Of a stretch of DNA of 64,000 bases, positions 52,373 to 64,000 are shown piece by piece. The notes under the pieces were generated by a model, which saw nothing but the letters and a program-made list of their open reading frames with translations, had not been told where the DNA came from and searched no databases. A program made the position numbers and the translations under genes. The stretch comes from Atractiella rhizophila. Its lineage: Eukaryota. Every line of letters begins with the position of its first letter. Position 1 is the first letter of the stretch. The stretch covers positions 1 through 64,000 of the forward strand of contig MU271334.1 in the NCBI GenBank assembly GCA_021432655.1, given 5' to 3'.

Positions 52373-53393
52373 GTCGAAAAGACCGTCCTACTAACAACTA
52401 GCCAAAGGAATAAAACCTAGGGTTTGCTTGACTGAGGGAGTAGCATCGTGAAAGCAGGACAGGTTTTATTGCGCGCATTGAATTCGGCGGAGGGATGAAA
52501 CTCGATCAGCCTTCGATGAAGAAGAATAATAATCCCCTTATCATGATCGAAGCATGCTTCACTCTTGGCATTCCAGTCCAGCTGTGTCCGGGCAAGTGGA
52601 GCAAGGAGCAAGCTGAACACAAGCTGAACAGAACAGATGGATTCAAACCGAAATCGCGAGTCCAAACAAGCATTCGGAAATCTCCCCAATTATTATTTTC
52701 CGACAGGCGGCGTCGACTTTCAAATTGCTTTGTGCATGTCAAGCTCGCTTGGTCCCAACATTTTCAAGTCGGAGTGAACATTGGAGAACGATCATACCAA
52801 ATGAATATAGTTTACTGCCCCATTCAAGTCAGGAACATCAAGAGCATTCGTGACATCCCTTCATTGAGGCTTGCAGCTCACAATAACACAAACACTTATT
52901 ATAAATGCTATTCTGATGAACAATAAAGTAATTCGCTCGCCAAGCTGTCCGATGTGCATGACTGCATGACTCCCGGCCACAAGATAAGTGCTGCAAGGTT
53001 CAACAGCTGAGCTGCTGATAAAAAATGCAGTCAAAAATTCAGCGTACACACCACTGCGAATTCATATATTTCGACACAGCAAGTATCACAAAAGCACTCG
53101 GCCCTTAATTCCCTCCAACTTTACTATGTTTTAACGGCGACATTGCGCATGCAATACATCATTTCATGTGGTTTCATGAGCAAATAGAAAGTGATGGTAG
53201 TTTCTCAGAAAGAAAACCGTCATATCGCTCGTGGTAACTGGGTCTCGACATTCCGATAGAGCATTACAGCACCTCAACCCTTTGGATAGACCCAGATGTG
53301 TAGAATGGAATGAAATGGGTGTGAAAATAGAATGCAACTGAATGAAGCATGCCTGTAGTACTTTTGGTCTTGGATAGATAAATAAACCGTCAA

Positions 53394-54216
53394 TCACCAG
53401 GGCATATCCCTCTCCCTCCTTTTCGCATTCCTCATCTTCTCTCTCCCCTAAAGGACACTCAGCATTCTGATGATCGTACCAAATAAAGAAGAGACGGCGC
53501 ACCTCTTTCATGCTCTTCAATTTCTTCCTCGTCTCCACCAGAGCCTTTTCCCTCTTCTGTGTCTTATCATCGAACGCTCTCTCCTTCATCTTTCCTTTGA
53601 ATATCATGCTTCTGCCCAAATAAGGGCCACGTCCCTGCCACGCCGAATCGACCTTCTTCACGACGCCTCTAACCGGAGCAGTAGGATCCTGAACATGTTC
53701 CTTCTTAACTTCTTTCGCCGCACCCTCCTTCTTCTCCCTCCTCTTCGCCTCCACCTCCCTCTCCCTCTCCTCCCTCCTCTCCAAATGCTCAATCAACGGG
53801 CTCCCCTTCCTCGCCGCAATCCTACCCCTGACCTTCCTCTCATTCCTCCTCCTCACCCTCTTCTCCCTCCACTCGCCCTGGACCACCGCGCCCTTCTCCC
53901 CCATCCGCTTCGCCTCCCACGCGACCGTCACCTCGCTCGGCGGCAATATCGCCCCCACCTGCGCCCCGACCCTCTCCGCCGCCTTGCAGAGCACGCGCTG
54001 CCGTCGCCGCGTGTACTTGAACTTGCGCGTCGGGCGCGCGATGAAGGCGGGCACGGGGAGGGGGTGCGCGGGCGTGAAGGTGCGGAGGAAGGAGTTGGGG
54101 AGGTGCCGCGCGACTATGCTGGGGGACACCCGCGGGAAGAAGGTGCGCTGGAGGTATTGGAGGAGGTGTGGAGACTGCCGGAGGATGGGCGATGTCGTGG
54201 GACGGTTGGGTGCCAT
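53394..54216 (-). CDS. Mitochondrial ribosomal protein mL59 (MRPL25)-like
   Basis: LPNSF...KYTRRRQRVLCKAAERVG...LPPS and FKGKMKER...REKAL resemble the mL59 pattern; one intron near 53450-53500; ends RDMPW*. Confidence 0.65.
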
Positions 54217-54831
54217 GGTTGAGTGGAAATTTGGAGGAAGAGACTAGACAATAACTACAATTGTAGTCGTAGTCGGAGATGCCGAAATCTAATCTTCGAG
54301 GGCAGAATACGAGGAGGAAGTCATTGGTAGTCATGGCGAGCAGATAATGGTCCCTCAAAAGATGCAGTATTCTTGATACAGGTTGGTATCTCCTTGTGAG
54401 CGAACCTGGATGTCTTTCTGTCTGCAAAGTTTGTGCATTTATGGCAGCAGTAATTTGGGGAAGCCAGAAACGATCTGAAGACGATAATCCAAGAAAAGAT
54501 GGAGTGCGGTATTCTCAAATCCACTATCCCATAAAACATTTCTGTGATGGACGCTGGAGTTTTCGGCCTGATGCTCACTTAAACTTTACCTTTCCCATTC
54601 ACGCCATTCCATGTTTCGAGTGTTAGTAAAATAGCAAAGATTATTCCAAATCAAATCCATCACAATATAAATCAGAAACCATTGTATCAATTGGGTGTCC
54701 ATTTCTCGCAAAATTTTATTCTCCAAATTGGAGCTTCGATAACACTAAAATTGTTCAAGTGACCTTGACATCCATTGACATCCCATCCGATCATCAAACA
54801 GATCGCTCAGTGTCTTTCTAGTATGAAAATT

Positions 54832-55851
54832 CTAAAACTTTCCCCTGAGCGCGTTCCCGCCCATCTCCCTGATCGTTATCCAGACATTATGCGCAAGCGA
54901 AGGAAAGTCGAGGGTGCTTGTGAAGAAATCGGCGAATCCGAAGAACAGCATCGAAGGGATCCATCCCTGCGCCAATTCGAGGGCGAAACAGCCTTCGTGC
55001 ATCTTGTACTGGAACACCACACTGCGGGGAAGGTGGTTCGTCGAGCCTGGCGGGTAGACCTGCGCCACGTACTTCATTAATGTTGCTGTTGGATAGAGGA
55101 GAGGAGTGGCGCACGAGTTTGCGCACGCCTTCGGCGCCATTGCCAGGGAGGTAGGCCCATTCTTCCCCTACGAGAATTGTGAAATAATCGTCCACCAAGG
55201 GATACCGGCCACTATGTCCCTCCGTCCCGAGTGGAGTGCCTTCCCGATATCACACCTCAATCAACACACATCTACAGTATCTCGAGATGCAAAGGATACG
55301 AACCGAAGATCATCACATATTCCGTCAAGCTAGCATGAAGGACCCACATCGCCCCCATCGCTCCTCCAGCGTTATTGAACGCCCATTCCTCCCTCGTATT
55401 CAGCCTCACCTTCCCCCCATACACCTTCTCCATCTCTTCGACGACCGCATCGAACACCGCTCGCGTCTGGTTCGCGCTCGTCCTTCGAACGTACGAAGCT
55501 GGCGCTTGGATCGAATGTGGAGAGGGATACGGCTCGATCGTTGCGAGGTCTGATGGATCGGAAGATAGAGGCAGAGTTCGCATCAGAGCTCGGTTCGCTA
55601 TTTCGTTCAGCGTTTGTGGGGAGAAGACGTAGTTGTCCTTCTGCGTTAGGGAATGAGAGAGGAAGTATCGAGGTGGTGAGTATTGGACGAACCATGGTCC
55701 TGTCCTTCCAGAGGATGAGAGCAATAAGGACCGCTACAGCTGCAGCGACAAATGTTTTCCACCCCATTCTTTCAGGTTCTACCTTCTTCCCAGGTCTGTA
55801 GGCAGGAGGTGCCTGAGAAGACTGATGAACAGCAGCAGGCGAGCGTGGCAT
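54832..55851 (-). CDS. ERG2: C-8 sterol isomerase (ERG2/sigma-1 family), copy 1
   Basis: [53 protein letters not shown]-terminal TM helix. Confidence 0.92.
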
Positions 55852-56215
55852 CTTTGTTGGTCGAGAATACGTTTGCAAGTGAATGTAACGAGTGTTCAAT
55901 ATTTTCTGCTGGTTTCTACTGAAGGACCGCTTTTATATGTCCCGGTTCTCCATACTTCCTTGGCTAAGGACACGACCAAATGGAGCCAATGAGCGCGCGA
56001 GATGTTGTCCAACCAAACGCGGGATGGCCAACCAATCAGAATCGAGTATTTAGATGCCGCGTCTAGACAAACCACTACAATTTTTGCAATGTAATGCTTT
56101 CAAATGAATATAATTCATCGGCTCAGTGATAAGGTATATCAATGATTATTATGCAGTGAGCTATCAAGCAATATGAAGCACATACTCAATCTCAATAAAT
56201 ATGACTAAGGACGTT

Positions 56216-57317
56216 CTAAAACTTGCCCATCCAAGCATTTTTGACGTTCTCCCGAATCGTGATTCTGACGGTATTATAAAGCGTCTCCCAATCAAGCACG
56301 CTTGTAAAGTAATCGGCAAATCCAAAGAAAAGCATGGAAGGAATCCATCCCTGGGCCAATTCAAGAGCAAAGCATCCGTCATGCATCTTGTACTGGATCA
56401 CTTGTCCTCGGGGTAAATGGTTCGTGCTTCCTGGCGGGTATACCTAGACAACCACGTGTTATTTGCAAAGAAGAGGAAGGGGACGAGAGGAAACAAACCT
56501 GCTTAGACGCTCCTGCCACCCCAGGGCCTGGAGCATAGGCCCATTGTTCTCCTGTCAGGATGGTGAAGTAGTCGTCCGCGAGGTGACGACCGGAATGGCC
56601 TTCAGTTCCCAGAGGAGTGCCTACATACGTAAAACAGCATTAAGTGAGTCTCGAATTCACTAAGGGAGGAATAAAGAAAAGGGTAGTAGAAGTGCCACGG
56701 GCAAAACTGACCGAAAATGATCAAGTATTCGCTGATGCTCGCATGCAGAATCCACATCGCTCCCATGGCTCCACCGGCATTGTTGAATACCCATTCCTCG
56801 TTCAAATTGAGGGTCCACTCAGGATAGCTCAGCTTGAGCTCAGCAACGAGGGCATCGAATATCGCCCGACTTTGAGAGGCGGACATGGCGGAGGGGTAGC
56901 GGTGTGGAGCTACAATCGAGTAATTCGACGGGTAAGCCAATGATTCATCGGGATGAACGGGAGAGGATGGAGATAGGACTGAGGCAATGGCTCGGTTAGC
57001 GAGGACGTTCAGATGGTTGTGGTCGAAGATGTAAGAATCTTTCTGCTCGCCTTTGGTAAACATCTTTAATCAAACGTTAGAACAGCAGAGAAACGAACCA
57101 TCTTCCCATCGTACCACTTGACCACTCCGCCAAATAGCGCCAACACGACCAGGAAGAAAGCCCAACAACCCCCATTGCCACCTTTCGAAGCTTTCTTGCG
57201 AGAATTCCTCGAATTTGATGCCTTGTTACCGCCTACGTGGACCACATTCACTGGCACCGATTTTACGGGTGCAGGAACTTTGTGTGCTTTCGTTCGGGTA
57301 GGGGTGGGTTGAGACAT
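56216..57317 (-). CDS. ERG2: C-8 sterol isomerase (ERG2/sigma-1 family), copy 2 (tandem)
   Basis: [59 protein letters not shown]. Confidence 0.92.
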
Positions 57318-57806
57318 CTCCTATCTCTCTCTTTGCTGCTGAAAAGGACAGTTGGAGCGGTCGTCGTTTGTTTGCGTTCGCAAAGGATAGCTGGGCAGTC
57401 GGGCAATTTTGGACCAATCAGAGCCGTCCCCAAGAGACAAATACGGACATCCGTAAACAGCAAATTTTCTTCCAACGACCATCTCAGCTTGACTTGCCCC
57501 TTTTCTTACAGTATGGGGGAAGGAACGGCTGATGCCCGTTACCTATGTATCGGAGTAGGGAGAGATGGTCGAGATGAAGAGTGTGCTCTTTGGTCCACCT
57601 CCCTGCGAGAGCAGTGGGAGATTGGATCACTCTGGCGCACTGACATTTCTTAAATCTGTCCGGATTCTCGTTGTATAGCAAGTAGATATATTTCAGACGT
57701 AGTACAACTTAATAACACTGACCAAATACGGAATGAAAAGGGCATCCACAAACTTGCATCTCCACCTGCTGAATTGCTCGATCACGAACGATTCGATTTT
57801 GCCCAG

Positions 57807-59699
57807 TTACAATCTAGAGGGTGAATCTGCCCTCTTCTCCTTTGCAAAATATTCCTCAAAGTATTTTTCTGCTTCCGCAACAACGTCATGACCATAGATC
57901 TTCTCCTGCACCTTCCTGCTCAGAGAATCGTCAATAAATCATTCTTCTCACACCTGACCAGAGAGGAGACGCACTGGTCAGCCCATCGATCCGGGTTCTC
58001 ACCCCCACCAGCCACCTTCTTGAAGCGCTCGTCGCGCTCCTTCGCGTCGTCTAAGCCTTTGTGCAGGTCACGTCCTGCAGCGGCGGCCGTCTCGACGAGG
58101 TCTTCGGCGCGGGACTTGCGGATACGCTGTGCGGATATATATTAGCCTTGATATCGAGGATGACGAAGAGAGAAAGGAAGGAAGATACCTGATACACTTT
58201 CAAAGCAGCGTGCACGTCTGATTTTGAGGAAATCTTGGAGAGGCACACGCCGATGGCTGCACCGTCTTCGATAGCTTGTGCTGCTCCCTGTTTCGTCTCA
58301 GCTCCTTCTCTTCCATGAAATTAGGAGACGAGGACTAACTTGAGCCAAATGCGGGAGGGTTGCGTGACATGCATCCTGTTCCAAAGCAATCCATGAGCCA
58401 AGCTTCATTCTTCTTCAAATCTGAAAGGAGACATACACCAGCGAGTGCCACGTTCCCCTCCACCCAGCTGTCTAACTTCCCATGCACCCTCAACTTCCAT
58501 TCGCACACTCCATCCTCTTGGCTCTTCGCCAACATCTTCTGGACCAAAGGGCAGTAGTCGCTAAATACTTTCAGCATCTGTGCCTTGGAGGCATTCACCA
58601 TCCATTCGTCCGCAGCGGCGAAGTTGACGTCGGGTTGGACAGTCGAGATGTTGAATACCTCGTTTCGTTCAATTGGGTAACACTATCCTCATGAGGCACT
58701 AAGTTAGTGAACGTCATGTAGTGCGAGGGATGGCGGACGATAATGTGTTGTTTTGGAGAGATCCAGCGTATTACAACGTTCCCTTCGATTAATTTCTTGA
58801 GGTCTGGATCATCCGCCATCTGCTCTCTGGTGAGAGTAATCCTGTAAGCTGCCTGTCCAGTATCGACAGCTGACCACGATCATTCAATAGCGATCTTCAA
58901 GGCGAGAAAGACAGACCATGATCCTCCTGCCCCTTCCTCTGCAACATTGTTTTTCGCACGCTGCTCTTCACTCCATCACCAGCAATCAACAAATCGCCAG
59001 ACATCTTCTTGTCAGAGCCAAAGAAATCGACGGTGACATTATCGAGATCGATGGATTTCACTCTGGAGTTGAATTCGAACGTTACAGCCGAAGAATATTC
59101 CTTGACGAGACAGTTATAGAAGGCTTCGATGAGACAGGCACGATGGAGGACCTGTTAATAGCAATGCAAAGTGAAGTGAGCAGCGAGATGCGGACAGGAG
59201 GTGGGAGGTCTTACCATGTGTGGATAGCCATATTTCTCCTGGATGGACGTGAGGTCAACTTCGGAGAGACTCTCGTCGGTTGTGCCGCCTATCCATCAAG
59301 AAGTCAATAATGCCATGAAAGTTCTAGAGGAGGCGGAAGCCAGACGGCGGATGGAGGTGCTCAGTAAAGGCACAGAGCCGCTTTTCACATCTTGATATAT
59401 CCCCAAGTTGTCCAGAATTCTTGACATGTTTGGAGCACACTTCACAAAGTCAGCGAGTTTGCAACGAAAAGGAAGGAGAAGACGAACTTGGATTCCAACC
59501 CCTACGATCCCGAGATTAGGAGCTTGCTCAATTACAGTTATTTTCTTAAAGCCTTTACGGGCGAGGGAAAGAGCCGTGCTCAATCCTGCCTGTCCAACCA
59601 GGTTCTCAGCAATCGGAAGATGGTCGTGTGGAGGAAGAAATGTACTAGTCCAGCTCCAATTATCAACACATCCAGTTCTTCCTTAAATTTCTCAGCCAT
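57807..59699 (-). CDS. FAD-dependent monooxygenase, paralog B; C-terminal PTS1 (SRL)
   Basis: VLIIGAGL|AGLSTAL, GVGIQ|CAPNM, IAGDGVKS, VALAG|DACHATLPHLAQ|GAAQAIEDG; ends ...DSPSRL*. Confidence 0.9.
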
Positions 59700-60031
59700 C
59701 CTGACAATCACAGCAGTTTCGAAGTTCAAATGGTGAAGACTGAGTGCCTCAACTGAAGCCTTGGGCTTCTTTTGTTTTATCTGATCAGGAAAAACCCTCT
59801 GCCCGTCACGGCTCAACCTCCAACAGGCGGGTCAGATGAGCCGCAGCGGTGGCAGTATTCCTGACGCCCATGGCCTCTTCATGCATTTCAACGGAGGCTG
59901 TCGCTGTTGTAGGCTGTAAAGTTCGTTTACAGGATAAAGATGGATGGAAATTAGCATGGATGTGGAAAACGACAAGTGCAACGTAAATGTACTGTACATA
60001 GTTAACACCGCCGGTGTCAACAATAAGCAAT

Positions 60032-60114
60032 GGTCGCTTATTTCAGTTGGTTAGAATGTGGACCTAATAAAAGTTCACAGTCCAAGGTCGGCGGTTCGAG
60101 CCCGCCAGTGACCA
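60032..60114 (+). tRNA. tRNA-Ile(AAT) with ~9-nt intron (60070-60078)
   Basis: Acceptor GGTCGCT/AGTGACC, anticodon stem TGGAC/GTCCA with CT-AAT-A loop, T arm GGCGG-TTCGAGC-CCGCC, discriminator A, downstream T6. Confidence 0.88.
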
Positions 60115-60498
60115 TCTTTTTGGCCGTTCTTTGCTTAAGTGCATATTTTGGTACTTTCAGCTTCTCTTTTGACTTTTGACAGCGGCTTAATATCGCTCTC
60201 AGCATCAGCATTGACTAGAACTTTTCCAGGACAGGTGGGAACGAGCAATCCTAAGTAATCTCGATGCACATATCCGTTGCTTTTCCAGTGTTCGTGAAAG
60301 TCTTGCTTATGTAATGCATACAACACCACGACACTCAACTCCACGCTAGAACCAGCTCTGCCCTGCTTTGAGAGGTTTCTTGAGGTATTCACGAGTTCTT
60401 GTAATCCATTGTTGCACCTCCAAGACGCTGTATGATCCTATCTATCTCAGCTGCAACAATCCAGCTCATCCTTCACCCAGGATCACCACAAGCATAAC

Positions 60499-61325
60499 AT
60501 GCAATCCACTTCCCGTACACAAGCATCTACCGCCTTGCGGCGGCTCATGACGGAGTACAAACAGCTCACTTCCTCCTCTTCTAACTCTAACGAGGAGCCA
60601 ATGTTCCTCGCTGGTCCAATATCCGAGTCCAACTTCTTCACTTGGGAATGCCTCATTCGTGCTCCAGACGGCACTCCTTTCGAGGGAGGTGTGTTTCTAG
60701 CAACGCTGGAGTTTCCGAAGGAGTACCCCTTAATGCCACCGAAGGTACGTTGTTATTCTCTCATGGGAGGAAGGGATAGAGTGGTACGACAATGCACCTT
60801 GTTCTCGGTCATCTCTGGTGCCAATGAGCACTTTTCCCCTCTTTCCTTGCATTACCCACATTAAGGCAAGAAGAAAGTGGTGACTGACGTCCACTTTGTT
60901 GGAAACAGATGAAATTCCACCCACCGCTGTTCCACCCTAACATCTACGCATCTGGAGAAGTTTGCATTTCAATCCTCCATCCTCCAGGCGACGATCCGAA
61001 CATGTATGAGTCCTCATCAGAACGCTGGTCGCCCGTACAGAGCGTGGAAAAGATTCTGTTGAGCGTTGTGAGCATGTTGGCCGGTATGTTACTCTTCGCT
61101 CTAACGTCACTATTCAAAATCGTTTAAGCAAGCTAATTGATATGGATAGAACCTAATGTCGAATCCGGTGCAAACGTAGACGCATGTAAGCTGCTGAGGA
61201 CGGACAAAGACGGTTATGAGCGACTTATTAGGGAGAGTGTGAGGTTGCAATTGGGGGTCGGACCTGAACCGCTGCCAGGGAGTTCAGTGGTGGGTGGCAA
61301 TAAGGGGAAACGGAAGGAGGAGTAG
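60499..61325 (+). CDS. UBC7: Ubiquitin-conjugating enzyme E2, Ubc7/UBE2G2 type
   Basis: [47 protein letters not shown] (acidic loop), [21 protein letters not shown]. Confidence 0.95.
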
Positions 61326-62091
61326 GAATTTGTACGCACTCTTTGTCATGGGGTCAATAAGCAGTGGCTTTATTGGATTTTGTGATTCCGCTTGTTCAAA
61401 GAATCCGAGGGATGATAGGCCATAACGATTGATTGCATCGTGCCTCCTACAATTTCAGCTTCCTCTAAAGAGCCGATGTCAGGGTCAATGTAGCCTGGAT
61501 TACTGTAACCTTGATTAATGTCGCGTTCGACCAAGTTCGACATTCAAAAAGTTGGGAACGCGTCAAAAGTCTAAATTACACACGCGTCCAGGCAAGCAAA
61601 AACTGCCACTTCACAATCTCCCTTTCATTCTACGACACCTCTTCTGCGCTGAGGCATTTCTCTAAGAAAAAGTCACCATGCCTCCAAAAATACGTGGAAA
61701 AACAGGCTTGGCAGCTTCTACGGTAACCGCTGGGAACGGAGCGAGTTCGAAGGCAGGTATGGCTTGGACAAAGAGGAAGGAAATGGATGACGAAATGGAT
61801 GAGGATGAGTGAGTTCAATCTTTTTCTTCGAGAGAGCTAGAGGAGTATGTATATCTGCGTTGTTAGTGGTGAGGTTTGGCATGGGATGAAAAAGACGTTG
61901 CATGGTAGGCGAGCTGCAAGTGTGGGTTCTATGGAATACAAAGGGGTTTTGACGCGTTTTCTCCCCACGAGGTCATTTGTTGAGTCGTTCTTGCTTGCTT
62001 GGACATTGCAAACCATTCCCGGTTCCTCTCAATCCAATGAAAACATGGGCTGACTTTTCCTTTAGCCTGGCAGTGATGACTTTATTCAAGA

Positions 62092-62730
62092 GTGATAATC
62101 CCTTCCCTCCGCACAGGACCGCTCACTGTTATTCCCTTTCTTGAAGAAGCGAAACCGACTAAGTCACAAGTTCAATCCACTCTTCTTTTCGAACGCGACG
62201 TCAAACAAATCTTTTCCGACTTGGACGAAGAAATCACGAATCTAGTATCCACAGCTTCCTCAGACTTGTACGCTGTTATCCTGCGCCATCTCATCTGCAG
62301 TGAGAGATCTACGCGACTCGCTGACTTCGGTATGCTTTGTGTTTACAGGGATGGGACTGTCAAGGCGATCCGTGCTGCCCTGCACGCAGCGAATGATGGA
62401 GGAGTTGCGGATAAGGAAGAAGAGCTCGACCTCAATGTTGAACTCATCGGGGTCACCGAAGCCATGAATAAACTTTTGCAAGATTGTGAGACCAAGAACG
62501 ATGAATTTTGGACACGGGTTCCCGAAATCGGTTCGTGGTGATAGTCTGCTTCAACCCGCGCCATGCTGAGTGAGGCGTACCTGGTGTAGTAAAAGGAAGG
62601 AGAGAGAGAATCAACGCTTTCAAAGCTGAGACCAACGCTGAGTTTAAGAAGAGCTTTGCGAAGGAGAGGAAGCGAATTCAACAGTCAAACGATGCGAGAG
62701 TTCTCTGGAAATCGATCAGAGCAGGATTAA
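62092..62730 (+). CDS. Possible hypothetical helical protein or gene remnant; boundaries uncertain
   Basis: Protein-like ORF (LFERDVKQIFSDLDEEITNL...) with plausible short introns; no family recognised. Confidence 0.3.
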
Positions 62731-62851
62731 GTGTTTGAATTATCTCTATCTGCTGTGTGTATAACCGATCTCCGAAGTGTATCAACGTGATGTTCTATGA
62801 AAAGAAGCCGTTAGCCATGTAAACTTCCCTTCAAGAAGACTCACCTCTTGA

Positions 62852-64000
62852 TCAGAGCTTGAACCCTCCTGGCACTTGCCGCTGAAATACACCTTTTGGA
62901 TCGTATTTTTTGCTCATCTGTTTCAGAAAGGCTAGGTTTTTGGCACCATAGCCCTCAAACGGCTTCTGTGAAGGGTTCGCGTAGTTGATGTATTGGTATT
63001 GCCTGAGCAGCCCACTCTCCTCCGCAGACTTGTCTAGTTCAGCTAAGAGCGACTGAGCCTGGGTACTGATCTCGGAACAAGAGGAGGAATCGGGCCAAAT
63101 TGCTGTCAAAAGCAGAACTGTATCACCTTTCGTGAGGTAAATGGGGAAAAGAGTGAAGACAGGCGTACCAAAATCATTCCCTTCTTGGGATATGCCGAAG
63201 ATGTCGTTCTTTGTAAGCTTTTTAATGGCAGTTGGAAAAGGCTCCAATGCTATGTCCCATAGCACACCGCCTGTTGGGTTAAAGGAATACACCGTTGAGT
63301 TGACAATGTTGAAGAAGTTTTCCAATAAAGGAAGTGATACGCCATAAGTGCCTGTGTAAAACGCCCAATTCCTGTCGGTGTTGCTTTAGGGCTGCTCCAA
63401 ATATTGGAGAGGAGCATGCTCACAATGGACGTGTTGCGGCTTCCGCCGCCAGGGTCGATAGGTTTTGAATTGCCGAGCTGTTAGTTAACTGAGGTATTTG
63501 GAAGAGTTCCTCGTACACCGCTGGTCGCGCGACGGGTTTGGTATAAAGCGGATTGCTGCTGATTACCCAACTTTTGGTCGTGGAGTTAAAGATGAGGCCA
63601 GTGACGATGGATGCATGAACATCATATTCTGCGGAGTCCGCGATATTGGTGAATGCTTGAAAGATGGCTGAACTTTGACCAATCGAATTGACCACGCTGC
63701 CACCGAGTATTTGGCCAATTTGCACTGGTGTGTAATCGATGCGGGTAACAACGCCGAAATTGTTTGCTCCACCTTTAAGAGCCTTGAAAAGATCTGAGTG
63801 AGAAGTAGCGTTCACATTCGTGAGCTTTCCGTCTGCCAAAACAATCTTTTCAAACGGACATCAGCATCACTGTAATTTTAAAGCGAGAAACTACATACCT
63901 CAAAGTTGACCACTGTATCACAAGTCAATCCTACTTGCGGACTCCAATAGCTTATTCCCCCTCCTAAAGTCAAACCAGCAACACCAACAGCCCCATTCCT
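62852..64000 (-). CDS. FAD-binding oxidoreductase (VAO/berberine-bridge-enzyme-like), 5' end beyond the window
   Basis: VGVAGLTLGGGISY, VVNFE|IVLADG, DLFKALKGGANNFGVVTR, YINYA...KYDPKGVFQRQVPGGFKL. Confidence 0.88.

Noticed and set aside
53470..54427. Long overlapping ORFs on both strands around the mL59-like gene (also antisense ORFs over SUP35, VMA1 and PMI40)
   Set aside because: Explained by high GC and codon bias suppressing stop codons; the translations are low-complexity.

Overview
Intron-rich fungal genomic DNA, most likely a basidiomycete (introns mostly about 45-55 nt, varied GT donors); the species cannot be determined from the sequence. From about 14 kb onward it is mostly recognisable housekeeping genes: PMI40, VMA1, KEX2, ELP3, HPM1-like, an RRM protein, a mitochondrial GGQ release factor, SUP35, BolA, MRPL25-like, UBC7, a BBE-like FAD oxidoreductase and tRNA-Ile(AAT). 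Three local paralog pairs are also present: PA-domain subtilases, FAD monooxygenases and ERG2. The first 19 kb is accessory-like and holds the most interesting signals. (1) A ~110-nt non-coding element occurs in three intact copies and one decayed copy, with TATA, A-box, B-box-like and T6 Pol III signals. It folds into a long rod supported by compensatory base changes and has conserved upstream and downstream flanking motifs, so it is a candidate undescribed Pol III ncRNA family. (2) Interleaved with it are three paralogous genes built from seven copies of an unrecognised ~110-120 aa C2H2-zinc-finger-containing module, each ending EPLxW at a conserved intron, followed by a C-terminal coiled coil. 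(3) A 2.7-kb ApT-depleted, TpA-rich island lies next to an assembly gap that truncates a synaptojanin-like gene. Splicing oddities include a probable 1-nt exon, GC-AG introns splitting the catalytic Ser codon of both subtilases, and long structured introns in SUP35 and VMA1. Exon boundaries and dinucleotide counts were done by eye, and no database search was possible.
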